DNA of 64,000 nucleotides. Source: Bacteroidota bacterium (lineage in GTDB: Bacteria > Bacteroidota > Ignavibacteria > UBA10030 > UBA6906). Shown here piece after piece: positions 45,799-57,100 of the stretch (its first letter is position 1; each line of letters opens with the position of its first letter). The notes under the pieces were generated by a model. That model saw nothing but the letters and a program-made list of their open reading frames with translations. It searched no databases and was not told the origin of the DNA. The translations under genes and the position numbers were made by a program. The stretch lies in NCBI GenBank assembly GCA_017860635.1, contig JAGDMK010000001.1, positions 15,727 to 79,726 of the forward strand, read 5' to 3'.

Positions 45799-47202
45799 GT
45801 GAAACGGCCCCTTCGGAATATGAGCGCGCTCTTCGCCGGCGACGTGGCCAGCCGGGGGATCGGCTTCCTTGTCACCGTGTACCTTGCACGAATCCTGGAA
45901 CCCGCAGGGTTCGGACTCGTCAGTGTCGGCATGGCCCTCCTCGGGCATTTGCAGTTACTCTCCAGCCCGGGCATTCAACTTGTAGAGACCCGGAACACCG
46001 CCCGGGCGGACGGGATGGACGACCGGAGATTTGGTGGTGTTCTCACTCTGCGGTTCGTCCTGTCAATTGTGCTCTTCGCACTAGCACTCCTCGTTCTCTT
46101 CGTCAATCCGTATGATCCGGCAGTCCGCAGGGTGATGCTCTGGAGTCTGGCCTCGCTGTTTCCGTTGGCCCTTGCAACGGACTGGTACCTTCAGGGAATG
46201 GAGCGGATGCCGCCAATCGGTGCAGCCCGGTTTGCCGGCTACTGCGTGTACGGGCTGGCGGCCTGGTTTCTGGTGCGATCACTCGATGATGTTGCCATGG
46301 CGCCGGCGGCGTTCTTCCTCGGTGCGATTGTGACGACCGGCATGCTCTGGGGGACAACAGCTTCGCTGCGGCCCGTGCCCCGGTTGAAGTGGGACGTCGG
46401 TCTCTGGACGCAGCTCCTGCGGGAGAATCTCCCCGTGGGTATGGCGATGTTCGTCGGCCAGATGGTGATGAACCTCCCTCCGATTGTGATTGCAGCGACG
46501 ACCGGCACCGCCGACGCAGGGGTGTATAACGCGGCATTGAAACTTGTGTTTCTGCTTCTGATTGCTGACCGTGTTCTCAATGCGATCTTTCTGCCGGCGT
46601 TCACGAGAATACGGGAAACGAAGCCTGCGGACCTGGAGAAGATAGTATCCGTCACGGCCAAAATGGTGATCACCGGAGTGATTGTCATTGTGCTGCTGGG
46701 CAACCTGCTGTCATCGTGGGGAATCGCCCTTGTGTACGGTCCGGCCTATGGAAGCGCCGATCCTGTGTTCCGCATTCTGCTGCTCTACGTCGGACTCACG
46801 CTCATCAATTCTATCGCGACCAACGTGCTCCTTGCTTCGGGATACGAGCGTCTGTACAGCAGCATCCTCATCCGCGGGTCCCTCGTCCTGATTGTTGCGA
46901 TGCTTATCCTCACGCCGCTGTTTGGCAGCATCGGGACAGCCATAGGGGCGGGTGTGGGTGAGCTGGTGACTGTGCTGCTCATGTCATGGCACGCGAGGAG
47001 AAATGGATCATTTCCTCCGGCGGGTGTGTTTGTTCCCCCCCTGATTGCCGGCTGCTGTTCTGGAATTGCGGGGTGGCTGCTCTGGCCGATCCATCCGGTC
47101 GTGGCAACGGGTGCAGCAACCGTGGTTCTGGTCGGATTGATGTTCATATTCAGAGTCTTCAAGAGTGAAGACATTGCCTACATGAGGGAGCGACTGGTGT
47201 GA
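45799..47202 (+). CDS. Polysaccharide biosynthesis protein / oligosaccharide flippase (Wzx-like, MOP superfamily)
   Basis: About 12-14 TM helices. N-terminal 'ALFAGDVASRGIGFLVTVYLARIL' is typical of Wzx/PST-family proteins. Confidence 0.7.
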   Translation: MKRPLRNMSALFAGDVASRGIGFLVTVYLARILEPAGFGLVSVGMALLGHLQLLSSPGIQLVETRNTARADGMDDRRFGGVLTLRFVLSIVLFALALLVLFVNPYDPAVRRVMLWSLASLFPLALATDWYLQGMERMPPIGAARFAGYCVYGLAAWFLVRSLDDVAMAPAAFFLGAIVTTGMLWGTTASLRPVPRLKWDVGLWTQLLRENLPVGMAMFVGQMVMNLPPIVIAATTGTADAGVYNAALKLVFLLLIADRVLNAIFLPAFTRIRETKPADLEKIVSVTAKMVITGVIVIVLLGNLLSSWGIALVYGPAYGSADPVFRILLLYVGLTLINSIATNVLLASGYERLYSSILIRGSLVLIVAMLILTPLFGSIGTAIGAGVGELVTVLLMSWHARRNGSFPPAGVFVPPLIAGCCSGIAGWLLWPIHPVVATGAATVVLVGLMFIFRVFKSEDIAYMRERLV

Positions 47203-48755
47203 AGATCCAGGCCGGCATCACACGGCGTTCCCGGACGTGGGAACAACTGCTGAGAAGGGAGGGGCTGCCCTGGCGCACAGTGCATCTGGCAACGGGAGAG
47301 GGGCTTGCGGACTGCAGCGTTCTGATTGTCACGCATCAGCTCGACGCATCCGAATGTGACATCGTGGAAGACTACCTCCGGTCCGGAGGCGCACTCCTCG
47401 CCAGCGCCCGGCATGTTGTCGGCGTCGGAGGAACAGGCGTCCGTAGAGAGCCGCTGCACTATCTGGCATCGGACGGTGATGGGGTCTTCACAACCGTGCG
47501 GATCGTCGATCTCGGTACTCAGGGCGACATTCCCCGCGAGGCGAATCATCTCCGCACACATCAGCACCACCATGCGGTCTTCGCAGGATCCCTCCTCGGC
47601 GGCCCGGCGGTGCTTCTTCCATTTGATGTGCAGCGTGTGCTGGCCGATACGCGCTCGGTGTACAAGGCGTTCTACGTGCACAGGGATCGTCTGCCAACGG
47701 AGCGCGTATCGATGGTGTCGCGCGGGGAGGTCTTCCAGCTCTGCCATCACGCGCTGGAGTATCTCCATCACCGCCGGTCGTTGCCCTATGTCCATCTCTG
47801 GTACTACCCGGGAACATCGCCCAACGTTCTTGCATTCAGAATTGACACGGATGGTGCTCCCCGTTATGACATAGACGAGCTGTACGATGTATTGAACAAT
47901 GCCGGCGTCCCAGGGACCTGGTTTCTGGACGTCGCCTCCCACGAGCCATGGCTTCCACATTTTGCCACAATGATGGGCCAGGAGTTTGCGCTCCACTGCT
48001 ATGAGCACCGGATCGAGCCGGATCCTGACCGGCAGGAAGCTCAGTGGGCACGGGCGCTTGCGATGATGCGACTCGCCGGGCTGGCCCCGCTGGGGATGGC
48101 GGTGCCATTCGGGACTTGGACCACTGGACTTGGAGGAGTCATCGACCGGCTCGGGCTGGTGTATTCCTCGGAGTTCTCCTACGCCTACGACACGGTTCCG
48201 CTTGTCCCCGAAGATCTCGAGCATGCGTACCGTACGCTCCAGGTCCCTATCCATCCGGTCAGTATTGGTTCTCTCCGCCGCACGGGAGCGACTTCCCAAC
48301 AGATGATCGAGTACTACCGGTCGACGATTGATGCGCACATGGCCCGGAATATTCCGCTGCTCTTCTACCATCATCCTTCGCACCGCCACTGGGATGTTGT
48401 GGATGCACTGCTGGAACACGCTCTTTTGCAGGACGTCCCCGGGGTGCTCATGGGGGACTTTGCGTTCTGGTGGCTCGCCCGTGCAAGACTTAATGTACAG
48501 TTCGACATCAGGGAGAGTGTGCTGCAGGTCGTGAATGCTGCTGCGGCGGCCAATGCGCGTGTCGGCATACGCGTATCGCTGTCAGCAACGCAGACACTGC
48601 TGCTTCCGTCCAGTGAGACGGTCCTTCTGGATTCGCGGGAGAGCACCGTCCGGAAGATCCCGTATGTTCCGGATGACCTGCGCCGGATCCGTGAGCCTGA
48701 CCCGCGGCGGATGCTGGGGGATCTCTACACACGAATGCTCAGGAGGCTGAAGTGA
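47199..48755 (+). CDS. Hypothetical protein in the polysaccharide operon (possible NodB-like deacetylase fold; unassigned)
   Basis: Translationally coupled to its neighbours (GTGA and GTGA start/stop overlaps). 'AFRIDTDGAP' weakly resembles the NodB 'TFDDG' motif. Assignment is low-confidence. Confidence 0.45.
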   Translation: MKIQAGITRRSRTWEQLLRREGLPWRTVHLATGEGLADCSVLIVTHQLDASECDIVEDYLRSGGALLASARHVVGVGGTGVRREPLHYLASDGDGVFTTVRIVDLGTQGDIPREANHLRTHQHHHAVFAGSLLGGPAVLLPFDVQRVLADTRSVYKAFYVHRDRLPTERVSMVSRGEVFQLCHHALEYLHHRRSLPYVHLWYYPGTSPNVLAFRIDTDGAPRYDIDELYDVLNNAGVPGTWFLDVASHEPWLPHFATMMGQEFALHCYEHRIEPDPDRQEAQWARALAMMRLAGLAPLGMAVPFGTWTTGLGGVIDRLGLVYSSEFSYAYDTVPLVPEDLEHAYRTLQVPIHPVSIGSLRRTGATSQQMIEYYRSTIDAHMARNIPLLFYHHPSHRHWDVVDALLEHALLQDVPGVLMGDFAFWWLARARLNVQFDIRESVLQVVNAAAAANARVGIRVSLSATQTLLLPSSETVLLDSRESTVRKIPYVPDDLRRIREPDPRRMLGDLYTRMLRRLK

Positions 48756-49678
48756 CCGTTCATGTCGCAGGATTCCACCCCGCGAAAGGGGATCTGTTTC
48801 ATCTGTATGCGGCAAATATCGGAACGTACCATCTGGCCCGCGAGATACGGGCGCTGGGACTCCCCCTCGTCGTATCACCTATCACCTATAGCTCCCACAC
48901 ACCCGGCTTCATACGGAATGCGCTTAGCGTGACACGGGCAGTGCAGAAGAGAGCCAGAGGGATATGGTCGGACTACGGGCTTTGCGCGGAAATCTGTTCC
49001 TGGGCACGGATGGTGCTTCCCAACACGCAGGCGGAAGCCGATCTCCTCATTCAGGGGTATGGCGTCTCCGCAGGGAATGTGCGGGTCATTCCGAATGGCG
49101 TCGATGAAGTGTTCACGCGTGCAGATCCGGACCTTTTCGTGAAGACGTACGGACTGCGGAATTTCATTTTGAACGTGGGGCATACGGGACATGAACGGAA
49201 GAATGTCCTGCGCATGATCCGGGCACTCGGACCGCTCAACTGCCCGGTCGTGATCATCGGTCGGATCATCAAGAGCTCGTACGGAGATGCGTGTGTCCGG
49301 GAGGCGGCCCGCTACAAACACATCCTCCTGCTCGACGGAATTGACCACAGCTCGCCCATGCTTGCCTCCGCATACGCTGCGTGCGATGTGTTTGTGTTGC
49401 CGTCACTCTTTGAGACGCCGGGTATCGCCGCACTCGAGGCGGGACTTGCAGGGGCAAAGGTGGTGATCACGCCTCACGGTGGAACACGCGAGTATTTCCG
49501 GGACATGGCGGACTATGTCGAGCCGCTGAGCGAGGCGTCGATCAGAAGAGGAGTGGAGAGCGCTCTTGGCAGAAAGAAGGATGAGCGGCTGAAACAGCAC
49601 ATTGCCGCCCACTATCTCTGGCGGCATGTGGCGGAGCAAACGGCGGAAGCGTACAATGAAGTCGCGACGGACGCCTGA
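48752..49678 (+). CDS. Glycosyltransferase family 4 (C-terminal GT-B domain)
   Basis: 'VFVLPSLFETPGIAALEAGLAGAKVVITPHGG' E-x7-E-like motif. Confidence 0.65.
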   Translation: MTVHVAGFHPAKGDLFHLYAANIGTYHLAREIRALGLPLVVSPITYSSHTPGFIRNALSVTRAVQKRARGIWSDYGLCAEICSWARMVLPNTQAEADLLIQGYGVSAGNVRVIPNGVDEVFTRADPDLFVKTYGLRNFILNVGHTGHERKNVLRMIRALGPLNCPVVIIGRIIKSSYGDACVREAARYKHILLLDGIDHSSPMLASAYAACDVFVLPSLFETPGIAALEAGLAGAKVVITPHGGTREYFRDMADYVEPLSEASIRRGVESALGRKKDERLKQHIAAHYLWRHVAEQTAEAYNEVATDA

Positions 49679-50134
49679 TTACTGCGGCGAGGATGGCTTC
49701 TTGAGCGGCTCCCAGAGAAGCTGAATGGCGCTGCCACTGAGCACGCCGACCTGGACATCATAGCGTTCTTCCCCGATATTCACCGTTCCCCACCCCGGCA
49801 TCACATAGACTCCCTCCGGTTCGCTCCGCCGGAAATCCAGGACTATACCCCTCCCGAAGTCCACGCTAATCCAGTCTTCCCCCTGGGCGATTGCCTTCCC
49901 CGGATCCACTCTGGTGAGGAGCATGTAGCGTCGGCCGTCATTCCTGAATAAACCTGTTGTATCCAGCTGTTCGATCACACGCAACGACCGGAACTGAACG
50001 TCCATGCCGATGTGGAAGACACATTCTTCCAGTGGCTGTGTGGTACGAGTTTGCTGCGTGAAAGGAGAGAAGGATACTCCGCATCCCGTGAGCAGCGCGG
50101 TTGTCATAAGAAGTGTAAGAAGTGAGAGTCTCAT
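49679..50134 (-). CDS. Hypothetical lipoprotein
   Basis: Lipobox 'LLMTTALLTGC'. Convergent with the GT4 gene. Confidence 0.5.
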   Translation of the reverse strand: MRLSLLTLLMTTALLTGCGVSFSPFTQQTRTTQPLEECVFHIGMDVQFRSLRVIEQLDTTGLFRNDGRRYMLLTRVDPGKAIAQGEDWISVDFGRGIVLDFRRSEPEGVYVMPGWGTVNIGEERYDVQVGVLSGSAIQLLWEPLKKPSSPQ

Positions 50135-50459
50135 AGGCCCGGCGATTTAGGGGTGATGGATATGGGATCGACCAGCTCAAGATACAAAAAGTCCCCCTTA
50201 ACCGTTAGTCGGCAGCAAGGAATGTGGTGACCATGTCTGATCACAAAAATGGCGAATATTGACCAGAGGGACCTCCATCGCCCCGACAGATGGCATTTTC
50301 CGGCCTGCGGAAGGGGTTTGCCTTTGGCGTGCATTTTGTATTGATTTCTGGGGATTAGCGCGGGGGTTCCATTCGTGCGGAGCGATGGAGATGCACTGGA
50401 ATGCGTTCTCAAATCATGCCATGGCACACGAGGTGACTGACAGCTCCTCGCGGCGAGGG

Positions 50460-51044
50460 ATGGAGCATTGCATGCGGTGTATGGCACCACTGCTGGTTTT
50501 TCCGGTGCTGGTCTGCGGCATTGCCCCGCGTGCGCTACCACAGGAAGTGTCTCTGCCTCCGGACGCCCAGGCACAGCTCCTCATGAACGTGCTCACCTTT
50601 GACCGGTCGCAGAGGGAGAAACTCAGCAAGGGCATCAAGGTGGCCGTGCTGTATGAGTCGAGTATCCGTTCTTCCGCGGTCATCGCGAAGGACGTTGCGA
50701 AAGCGCTGCCTGGAGCAGCGGAATTAGTTCACAGCCGCGTGCGGGTAGTGAACATGGACATGAATGGGAAAGCGGATCTGGTGACCCGCCTGCGTGATCA
50801 GGGAATCCAGATTGCCTATATTGCCCCGCTCCGTGCGTCCGGGATTTCCGCGGTTGCCCAGACCTGTCGAGCGCAACGGATCCTGACATTCACAGGTGTG
50901 GCAAAGTATTTGAGTCAGGGTGTGGCAGTCGGCCTCGTACGCCAGGGGGAGAACCCCAGGGTCCTCATTAACCTGCCAGCTTCCCGTGCGGCTGGATCGG
51001 TCTTCAGCGCACAGTTGCTACGCGTCGCGCGGGTGGTGGAATGA
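50460..51044 (+). CDS. YfiR/DUF4154-like periplasmic protein
   Basis: Signal peptide 'MAPLLVFPVLVCGIA'. The C-terminal pattern 'ILTFTGV..GVAVGLV....RVLINLPASRAAGSVFSAQLLRVARVV' matches the YfiR family. The 4-bp overlap with the downstream kinase gene suggests an operon. The exact start is uncertain. Confidence 0.45.
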   Translation: MEHCMRCMAPLLVFPVLVCGIAPRALPQEVSLPPDAQAQLLMNVLTFDRSQREKLSKGIKVAVLYESSIRSSAVIAKDVAKALPGAAELVHSRVRVVNMDMNGKADLVTRLRDQGIQIAYIAPLRASGISAVAQTCRAQRILTFTGVAKYLSQGVAVGLVRQGENPRVLINLPASRAAGSVFSAQLLRVARVVE

Positions 51045-52864
51045 GCGTGTCCCCTCTTCATAGACTCATGCATCTCCGCATCCGCTGGAAGCTTGCATTG
51101 CTCATTGGATTCGTTTTCCTGGTCATTGCCTGCTTCTTCCTGATCTTTATCCCCAATCGAGTCGAGCGGATGGGTGACAGCGCCCTTGCGGCGAAGGCAC
51201 GTGTCGTTTCCGCCATGACTTCTGCAAATATCACGTCCGCGCTCGTGTTCCAGGATACCGCGCAGATCGCCGAAGAACTCCGCTCGGCGATGTTCAGCCG
51301 GGATATCCGGTACGCTGTCGTGGTCGATCTGCAGGGACGCGTCCTCGCTTCAGTGAACTACCCCGAAGCGATGCGCTGTGAGTATGAAGGAACCCCTGAA
51401 GCGGGCCGGATTGTCCGCCACGCTGATCTCTGGCAGACTCGCGAACGGATCATTCACCGGAACACAGAATTGGGGGACCTGTTCCTTGGCTTCTCGCGGA
51501 TTGAGGTCGGATCCGGCAGGGAACAGATCATGAAGGAGACAGCGATTGTCACGCTGATCGTCTTCCTGGTGGGCTTGCTTTCGGTAATCGGCATCAGCGG
51601 TGCCGTGACGGCGCACCTGAAATCGGTTGTCGCCTCGGCAAGGGCTGTGACGGCAGGCGACATGAAGAGCAGGGCACCCGAAGGCCACGGTGATGAAGTC
51701 GGGGAGCTGGCACGGGCATTTAACAGCATGCTCGACAGGCTGAGCGTGGCCCAGCGGAATCTCGAGGAGGTGAACAAAGACCTCGAATACAGGGTGTCCG
51801 TCCGGACCGAGGCATTGCTGAAAGAAATCGGCGAACACCGGAACACGGAAGAGTCGTTGCGGCTGACAGAACAACGCCAGCGCCAGATCATCGACCTCGT
51901 GCCGCACTTCATATTTGCCAAGGATGTGGAGGGACGGTTCGTCGTCGCAAATGAGGCGGTGGCGAAGGCCTACGGCACAGCGGTCGAGAAGCTGCTCGGG
52001 AAGACCGATGCCGATTTTGCCTCGTCGGAAGAAGAAGTGCGGAAATTCCGTGAGGCTGATATGGAAGTCATTGCCTCCGGAAAAGAGAAACTCATTCCTG
52101 AAGAGCAAATCACCACGGCATCAGGAGAAGTGAGGATTCTGCAGACCATCAAAATCCCGTTCACCCTTTCCGGGTCGACCATCGCGTCGGTGCTGGGAGT
52201 TTCCACGGACATCACGGCGCTCAAGACTGCCGAGAATGAACTCAAGCTCTCACTCAGGGAGAAGGATGTCCTGCTGAAAGAGATACACCATCGTGTCAAG
52301 AACAACCTGCAGATCATCAACAGCCTTCTGAATCTGCAGGTGTCCGATCTGCACGATCCTGTCATCGTGGATGCGCTGAAGGTGAGTCAGAACCGGATCC
52401 GGTCCATGGCGCTCGTCCACGAGCGTCTGTACCGGTCGGGGAACCTGGCGGGCATAGATTTTTGCGAGTATCTGGAGCTCGTGGCGGGTCAATTGCTCCG
52501 GGCGTACGACCGGCGGGGCGTAACCTGCAAGGTGCTCAGCGACCGGATCATGATCAGTGTGGATGCTGCGATTCCCTGCGGTCTCATTGTGAATGAGCTC
52601 CTCACGAATGCCCTCAAACACGCGTTTGTGGGGAGGAGCGAAGGATACATTGAAGTCATCTTCCGGAAGGCAGGTGAGGACCTCGTCGAGTTGACGGTGA
52701 GTGACGACGGTGTGGGGTTGCCCCCGTCGATCGATATTCACACCGCAGAATCAATGGGTCTCACACTCGTGGCCAGTCTGGCCCAGCAACTGCAGGCGAC
52801 GATAGCCATCGACAGGTCAGCCGGCACACGCTTCTGCCTCACCTTCCGCCTCCGGAACGACTGA
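51041..52864 (+). CDS. Sensor histidine kinase (TM - HAMP - PAS - HisKA_2 - HATPase_c)
   Basis: N-terminal TM 'LALLIGFVFLVIACFFLIF'. HAMP region 'VTAGDMKSRAPEGHGDEVGELARAFNSMLDRL'. H-box 'HHRVKNNLQIINSLLNLQ'. ATP-lid 'LIVNELLTNALKHAF' and 'VSDDGVGLPP'. Confidence 0.8.
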   Translation: MSVSPLHRLMHLRIRWKLALLIGFVFLVIACFFLIFIPNRVERMGDSALAAKARVVSAMTSANITSALVFQDTAQIAEELRSAMFSRDIRYAVVVDLQGRVLASVNYPEAMRCEYEGTPEAGRIVRHADLWQTRERIIHRNTELGDLFLGFSRIEVGSGREQIMKETAIVTLIVFLVGLLSVIGISGAVTAHLKSVVASARAVTAGDMKSRAPEGHGDEVGELARAFNSMLDRLSVAQRNLEEVNKDLEYRVSVRTEALLKEIGEHRNTEESLRLTEQRQRQIIDLVPHFIFAKDVEGRFVVANEAVAKAYGTAVEKLLGKTDADFASSEEEVRKFREADMEVIASGKEKLIPEEQITTASGEVRILQTIKIPFTLSGSTIASVLGVSTDITALKTAENELKLSLREKDVLLKEIHHRVKNNLQIINSLLNLQVSDLHDPVIVDALKVSQNRIRSMALVHERLYRSGNLAGIDFCEYLELVAGQLLRAYDRRGVTCKVLSDRIMISVDAAIPCGLIVNELLTNALKHAFVGRSEGYIEVIFRKAGEDLVELTVSDDGVGLPPSIDIHTAESMGLTLVASLAQQLQATIAIDRSAGTRFCLTFRLRND

Positions 52865-52875
52865 TCCGCCGCCCC

Positions 52876-53310
52876 TTAACGGAGCACGATCGCCAGCACG
52901 GACTTCTGAAGGCGGTCGGAAATCGCCGTAAAGACCTGCTCATCGTTCACGTACTCCGCCTTGCCTTCTTCGACAAACATCTGCGGGTTCTCGTAGACTA
53001 TCCTGACGAGAGAGGCCTTGTATTTAACAGCCGGAGTCTTTCCATTCCTTGCCAGTTCGCAGACCTGCTCATAGATAGCATCGTTCTGCATTTCCGGCTG
53101 CGCGAGCTTCAGGAGTGCCACATCCCGCAGGGTGCATTCCACCACCGCAGGGACGGGGAACCGCAGTGATTCCACGTATGCCCGCTCAAAGCGCGGGATG
53201 TTGAACTGGCGGTATGATTCCATCCTGGCACACGTCCTCACCACCTCATCAGCCCTTGCAGGAACGGCTGTGAGGGATACCGCTATCAGCACTGCTGTCA
53301 TGGCATGCAT
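52876..53310 (-). CDS. Hypothetical secreted protein
   Basis: Signal peptide 'MHAMTAVLIAVSLTAVPARA'. Confidence 0.4.
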   Translation of the reverse strand: MHAMTAVLIAVSLTAVPARADEVVRTCARMESYRQFNIPRFERAYVESLRFPVPAVVECTLRDVALLKLAQPEMQNDAIYEQVCELARNGKTPAVKYKASLVRIVYENPQMFVEEGKAEYVNDEQVFTAISDRLQKSVLAIVLR

Positions 53311-53532
53311 TGTACCCTCACTGATCTGTTTGTGAAAGACCTCTACATTCTCTAAGACTCTCCCGCGCGACAAATGTTACGCGTCGCCGGCGCTTCTACC
53401 TGTCGTTCGTCGTGTCCCCGTGTGGCTTCGTCGCATCAGAATTGTGTGTGTTGTCCTGCCGGCTCTTCAGAAGATCGGGTCGAATGGCTGTTTGACTGCC
53501 GCGTTCTGATTTCGTAGATTTTATTTGGATGA

Positions 53533-54105
53533 TTGGCCAGACGTTTCATAGACACACGTCAAAAGGAGTGTGCTACGGTGAAAACAGAACCGAACCATGC
53601 CGGGCGGACCACGCTCGGAGCAGTCATTATCCTTTGTGCCCTTGGAGTCATCGCGGGATCATGTGCACGGTGCGACCTTGACTCCGCCGGAAAGACAGAG
53701 GAGGGGAAAAACACCATGTTGCGCATCGTTTTGGGTGAAGGAGGCGGTTTTGCCGGAACCTGGGATGGGTATACAATCACGGGAACCGGTGCCGTCTACA
53801 AATGGAGCGGGAAAGGAGCGAGAGAAAATGAGGTCGAGATCGGCACCCTGGATGCCGACACGATGTGCACGCTCTGGGATGAGGCAAAGGCCCTGAGGAC
53901 AGTTCCCCCGACGGACTCTGCCGGATCTCTAGTGCGGTTCCTCAGCCTGACGGTCCAGGACACCACACGTGAATACACCTGGAGACCGCAGCTCGGTCAA
54001 AGCCCCTTCAGGCCTCTCTATCAGCACTTCTACGATCACTGTCTCATCGTGGTACAGAAATCATTACTACCGACCACAAAAAACACAGTTCCCTCTGGAA
54101 AGTGA
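53533..54105 (+). CDS. Hypothetical protein (possible lipoprotein)
   Basis: 'LGAVIILCALGVIAGSC'. The exact start is uncertain. Confidence 0.35.
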   Translation: MARRFIDTRQKECATVKTEPNHAGRTTLGAVIILCALGVIAGSCARCDLDSAGKTEEGKNTMLRIVLGEGGGFAGTWDGYTITGTGAVYKWSGKGARENEVEIGTLDADTMCTLWDEAKALRTVPPTDSAGSLVRFLSLTVQDTTREYTWRPQLGQSPFRPLYQHFYDHCLIVVQKSLLPTTKNTVPSGK

Positions 54106-57100
54106 CAGACCCCATGAGACACTCTCTGATATTGTTATTCGCCCTTGCGGTGCTGCTGGGCGATTCGCTTCAAGCGGGGAACACGAAGATACCGTCTTCA
54201 TCTTCCACCCCGAATGGCTTCGATCTCAAGAAGGCACGGCATTATGCTCCTTCGGCTGCTCAACACTCCCTGTTTGCGTCCGACGTTGCGAACCTGACCG
54301 ATCGTATTGCGGCAGCCACGCAGGTGCAGGCAGATGCGCTTCAGAAGCTGACTCCCGCCCAGCGAGTAGCTCTCGAATCGCTGCGGAGCTCGAACCCGGG
54401 ACGTCTTGCGATTTCCTGGGACGATGTCCATGCCGTTCCGATCTTCGTCCAGGGATTGGCCGGCGCAGCGATGGAAACTGATGGTTCCAGCCTCCCATCC
54501 AGAGAACAGGCGCAGCGCGTCGCCTCGGAGTTCCTCCAGGCCAATGCCGGACTGCTTCGGATCCAGGATCCAGCCTCCGAATTCAAGCAAATCGATCTGC
54601 AACAGGATGCGCTGGGATTCACGCATATCCGCTATCAGCAGATGTACCGTGGATCGGAAGTCTGGGGACGTGATGTCCGAGTCCATGTAAATAGTCAAGG
54701 AAAGGTCGAGAGCTTCAACGGACGGTACATTCCCACGCCGGCCGGGCTGGTGTCTGACATTACGACTGCGGATGCCGCCAGTGCACAGGCGATCGCAGTT
54801 GAGCGGTGCGGCCGCGACTGCCGTGTGACCGGAGTACGAAACGTATATCTCCCGGATGATGCCGGACGCCTGACGCTCTGCTGGGTCGTGAGTGTGGCGG
54901 GTGGACTCGATCTCCGGAACGATGTCTTTGTCGATGCCGGTACCGGCCAGGTTGCGAAAGTGTACAACAGAGTGGCGATGGATGGTCCCGTGACTGGAAG
55001 CGGCATAGACCTTCAGGGTGTTACCCGTTCGCTCGGTGTCTATCAGATCGGAACGCAGTACCTGATGATCGACGCGAGCAAGACCATGTACAATGCTTCT
55101 CAGTCGCAGATGCCTGCCGATGGAAAAGGCGTGATCTATGCATTCGATGCCAGGAATGCGGAGCAGAGCATCTACTATATCACATCAACGACTGCTTCAT
55201 CCTGGAGCAGCCGGCCCGGCGTCTCGGCACTCTACACGGGAGGCAAAATCTATGACTATTACAGGACCGTGCACAACCGGAACGCCATCGACAATCAGGG
55301 CGGGACGATGAATTTCATCGTCAACTTCAAATCCAACTACAGCAATGCTTTCTGGAACGGGCAGTACATGGTGTTCGGGAACGGAGATGGCACCACGTTC
55401 AGCGATCTGGCCGGTGCCGCCGATGTGGCGGCGCATGAGCTGACGCATGGAGTGACAGAGAACACGGCGAATCTGCTCTATGAAAACCAGTCGGGAGCAC
55501 TGAACGAGTCGTTCTCCGATGTGTTCGGAACGCTCTTCGAGTTCTGGCTCAAAAGCTCAGGCGGCAACTGGCTCTTGGGTGAAGATGTTTTCACGCCAGG
55601 GACACCCGGAGACGCCCTCCGGAGCATGTCCGATCCGGCAGGCCCCGAAGTCCCGCCAGGTTCGCGTCAGCCAACAAAAATGAGTGAGTACAAGAATCTC
55701 CCCAACGACAAATCCGGCGATTATGGCGGTGTGCACATCAATAGTGGCATTCCGAACAAGGCTTTCTACCTTTTTGCCACCGCATCGGGGATGACAAAAG
55801 AAGAGGCCGGACAGGTGTACTACCGTGTGCTGACCACGTACCTGACAAAGAACTCCCAGTTTGTGGATTGCCGGTTGTCCGTCATTAAAGCGGCAGAGGA
55901 TCTTTTCGGCGGGGCGGGGAATGCAAAAGCCCTCGCTGCGGCGGCTGCCTTCGATGCGGTCGGAATTACATCGGGTACGGCCACTACGCCGCCGACATCC
56001 GATCCCCCTGTCCAGGGCACTCAGTATGTTGCTCTCGTCAATGTCTCCGACGGATATCTGTACCGGTGGACTATGGGAACCACTACCTTCGCCAAGCTTT
56101 CAACGATGGCTCTTGCCAGCCGGCCCGCGGTGATGGACAACGGAACCTATCTGTTCTACGTCGATCAGACCAACAATCTCCATGTGGTCGGGTCGGACGG
56201 GACGAACGATCAGACCCTTTCAAGCGGCGGCGGTTTCAACAACATTGCCGTGTCACGAAGCGGCCGGTATCTGGCAGCGACAACCACTTTCTCAGAGGCG
56301 AAGATCTACGTCTTTGACCTGCAGAACAGCGCCGGCAACAAAGTGCTCCAGCTGTACACGCCGGTGTACCACACCGGAGAATCTTCCGGAAGCATATGGT
56401 ATCCGGACCGGATTGACTGGACCGCCGATGAGACGCGGATCATGTATGATGCATACAACACCACAGTGCTGACCGGCGGCGACACACTTGGATTCTGGGA
56501 TATCAATACTGTCCGTTTGGCTGAAGGGACCTGCTCACGGCTCTTTGCCGCCCAGCCCCGTGGCATCAACATCGGGAATGCCGTGTATGCATCCAATACA
56601 GACAACCTGATCGCGTTCGACTACATGGACGAGAACAGTCAGGTGAAGGTGCTGGCGGTGAATCTGAATACCGGTGATGCGGGAGTCGTGACGAATAACT
56701 ATTCCTCGTTGGGCAACCCGTCGTTCTCTGTTGATGACAAGAAGATATACTATCACTACATCAATCAATCCTCGAGCCAGTACCAGGTGTGGGCTGTCGA
56801 TTTGTTGACCGATGGGATCACCGGTTCAGGCTCCGATGTGAAGCAGCTTGACGGCGGTGTGTATCCCCTGGCATTCGCGGTAGGCACGCGTCCGACGGAT
56901 GTCCCTGTCTCCGCGGAACTTCCGCAGGGATGTCTGCTCGAGCAGAATTATCCGAATCCCTTCAACCCCGGGACCCGGATTTCCTTCCAGATCCCTGTGG
57001 CGGGAAAGGTGACGCTCAAGGTCTACGACATCCTGGGCAGAGAAGTGGCGACGCTGGTGGATGCACAGGTGCCGGCCGGAGTGCACGCGGTTCCGTTCGA

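Noticed and set aside
44715-45974. 419-aa minus-strand ORF
   Set aside because: Antisense to the GT4 gene and flippase start. The plus-strand genes carry clear family motifs.
47178-48419. 413-aa minus-strand ORF
   Set aside because: Antisense to the 518-aa operon gene, which is translationally coupled to both neighbours. The minus ORF is Arg-rich with no features.
51350-52108. 252-aa minus-strand ORF
   Set aside because: Antisense to the HAMP-PAS-HisKA_2 kinase.
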